Assembly (NCBI GenBank): GCA_964346755.1
Contig: CAYFWJ010000007.1
Span: 1 to 49,157 of the forward strand
Reading direction: 5' to 3'
DNA: 49,157 nt
From: an uncultured Ectothiorhodospiraceae bacterium
Lineage (GTDB): Bacteria > Pseudomonadota > Gammaproteobacteria > CAYFWJ01
Part shown: positions 48,704-49,157 of the stretch, piece after piece
How positions within the stretch are numbered: position 1 is the stretch's first letter
Layout of the letters: each line of letters begins with the position of its first letter
Translations under genes and position numbers: made by a program
Notes under the pieces: model-generated
Told to the model about the DNA's origin: nothing
The model's database searches: none
The model's input: only the letters and a program-made list of their open reading frames with translations

Positions 48704-49042
48704 ATGAACTTTGGGCAACTCATCGAATTCCTCGACGACAAGACCGATTTCCCGCTGCTCGACGGGACGCCGGACGAGACCTTGGCCAAGGCCCGTGATG
48801 GGTCCCATCAAGACGCCTTGGCCGGGGAGTTGATCGCGGCCATGGCAGAGGGCTGTGACATCACCGGTGCGGAAACGATGCTCACCCGGGCGGAGACCGT
48901 CAACTCCCTGGGGCCTTTCCGGCTCAAGTACATGAAGGATGATGCGCCGGTGGAGGGTTTCCGAATGGTCGAACGGATCATCCAGGAGATCGATGCCGCC
49001 TTCAACGAAGAGGGTTGGCAGGAACGACAGAAGGAGTCGTAG
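48704..49042 (+). CDS. Hypothetical acidic helical protein (112 aa)
   Basis: Strong GGAGGT RBS, GC3-biased codons, no recognised motif. Confidence 0.75.
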   Translation: MNFGQLIEFLDDKTDFPLLDGTPDETLAKARDGSHQDALAGELIAAMAEGCDITGAETMLTRAETVNSLGPFRLKYMKDDAPVEGFRMVERIIQEIDAAFNEEGWQERQKES

Positions 49043-49157
49043 CCGCCTAGGGCCGGGGTCGAGATCGGGCGCTCGAGCGCCCCGGGTCAGGAGCCCGGTG
49101 CGCGGGTTCGCTCGCAGCGCCGCCCCGGGGAGGCTCATGGGCGTAAGGCGCTGTCGG

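Noticed and set aside
49047-49157. 3' end of a minus-strand gene at the right edge
   Set aside because: An open frame exists, but it is short and low-complexity and cannot be supported.
1-49157. CRISPR arrays, tRNA/rRNA, IS elements, prophage genes
   Set aside because: No regularly spaced repeats, RNA gene signatures, transposase, integrase or phage motifs were seen by eye.

Overview
GC-rich chromosomal segment of a Gammaproteobacterium, most likely a sulfur oxidizer (inferred from gene content; possibly Chromatiales/Ectothiorhodospiraceae-like). About 47 genes, mostly on the minus strand. Housekeeping: the gyrA-serC-serA-pheA-hisC-tyrA-aroA-cmk-rpsA-ihfB-pyrF-comEA-galU run, plus gltA, dcd, nadA, gor and mazG. 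Sulfur metabolism: soeABC-type sulfite dehydrogenase, a fused Sat/APS kinase, mobA, and a Tat-signal gene start at the left edge that resembles soxY. A partial type II secretion cluster (gspC-D-E-F) has hemF inserted inside it. I see no rRNA, tRNA, CRISPR array, transposase or prophage, and I cannot demonstrate a novel system. The best leads are: (1) an Irr-like Fur regulator followed by a divergent QueC paralogue upstream of gspCDE-hemF-gspF; (2) a deletion scar joining remnants of two divergent AmmeMemoRadiSam genes; (3) a near-perfect AT-rich 38-bp palindrome upstream of soeA; (4) a long, possibly pseudoknotted leader upstream of an RRM gene; (5) a phosphatase-DUF3135-SprT-mobA cluster. All family calls come from motif recognition by eye, not database searches. 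Several start sites were moved from the ORF track.
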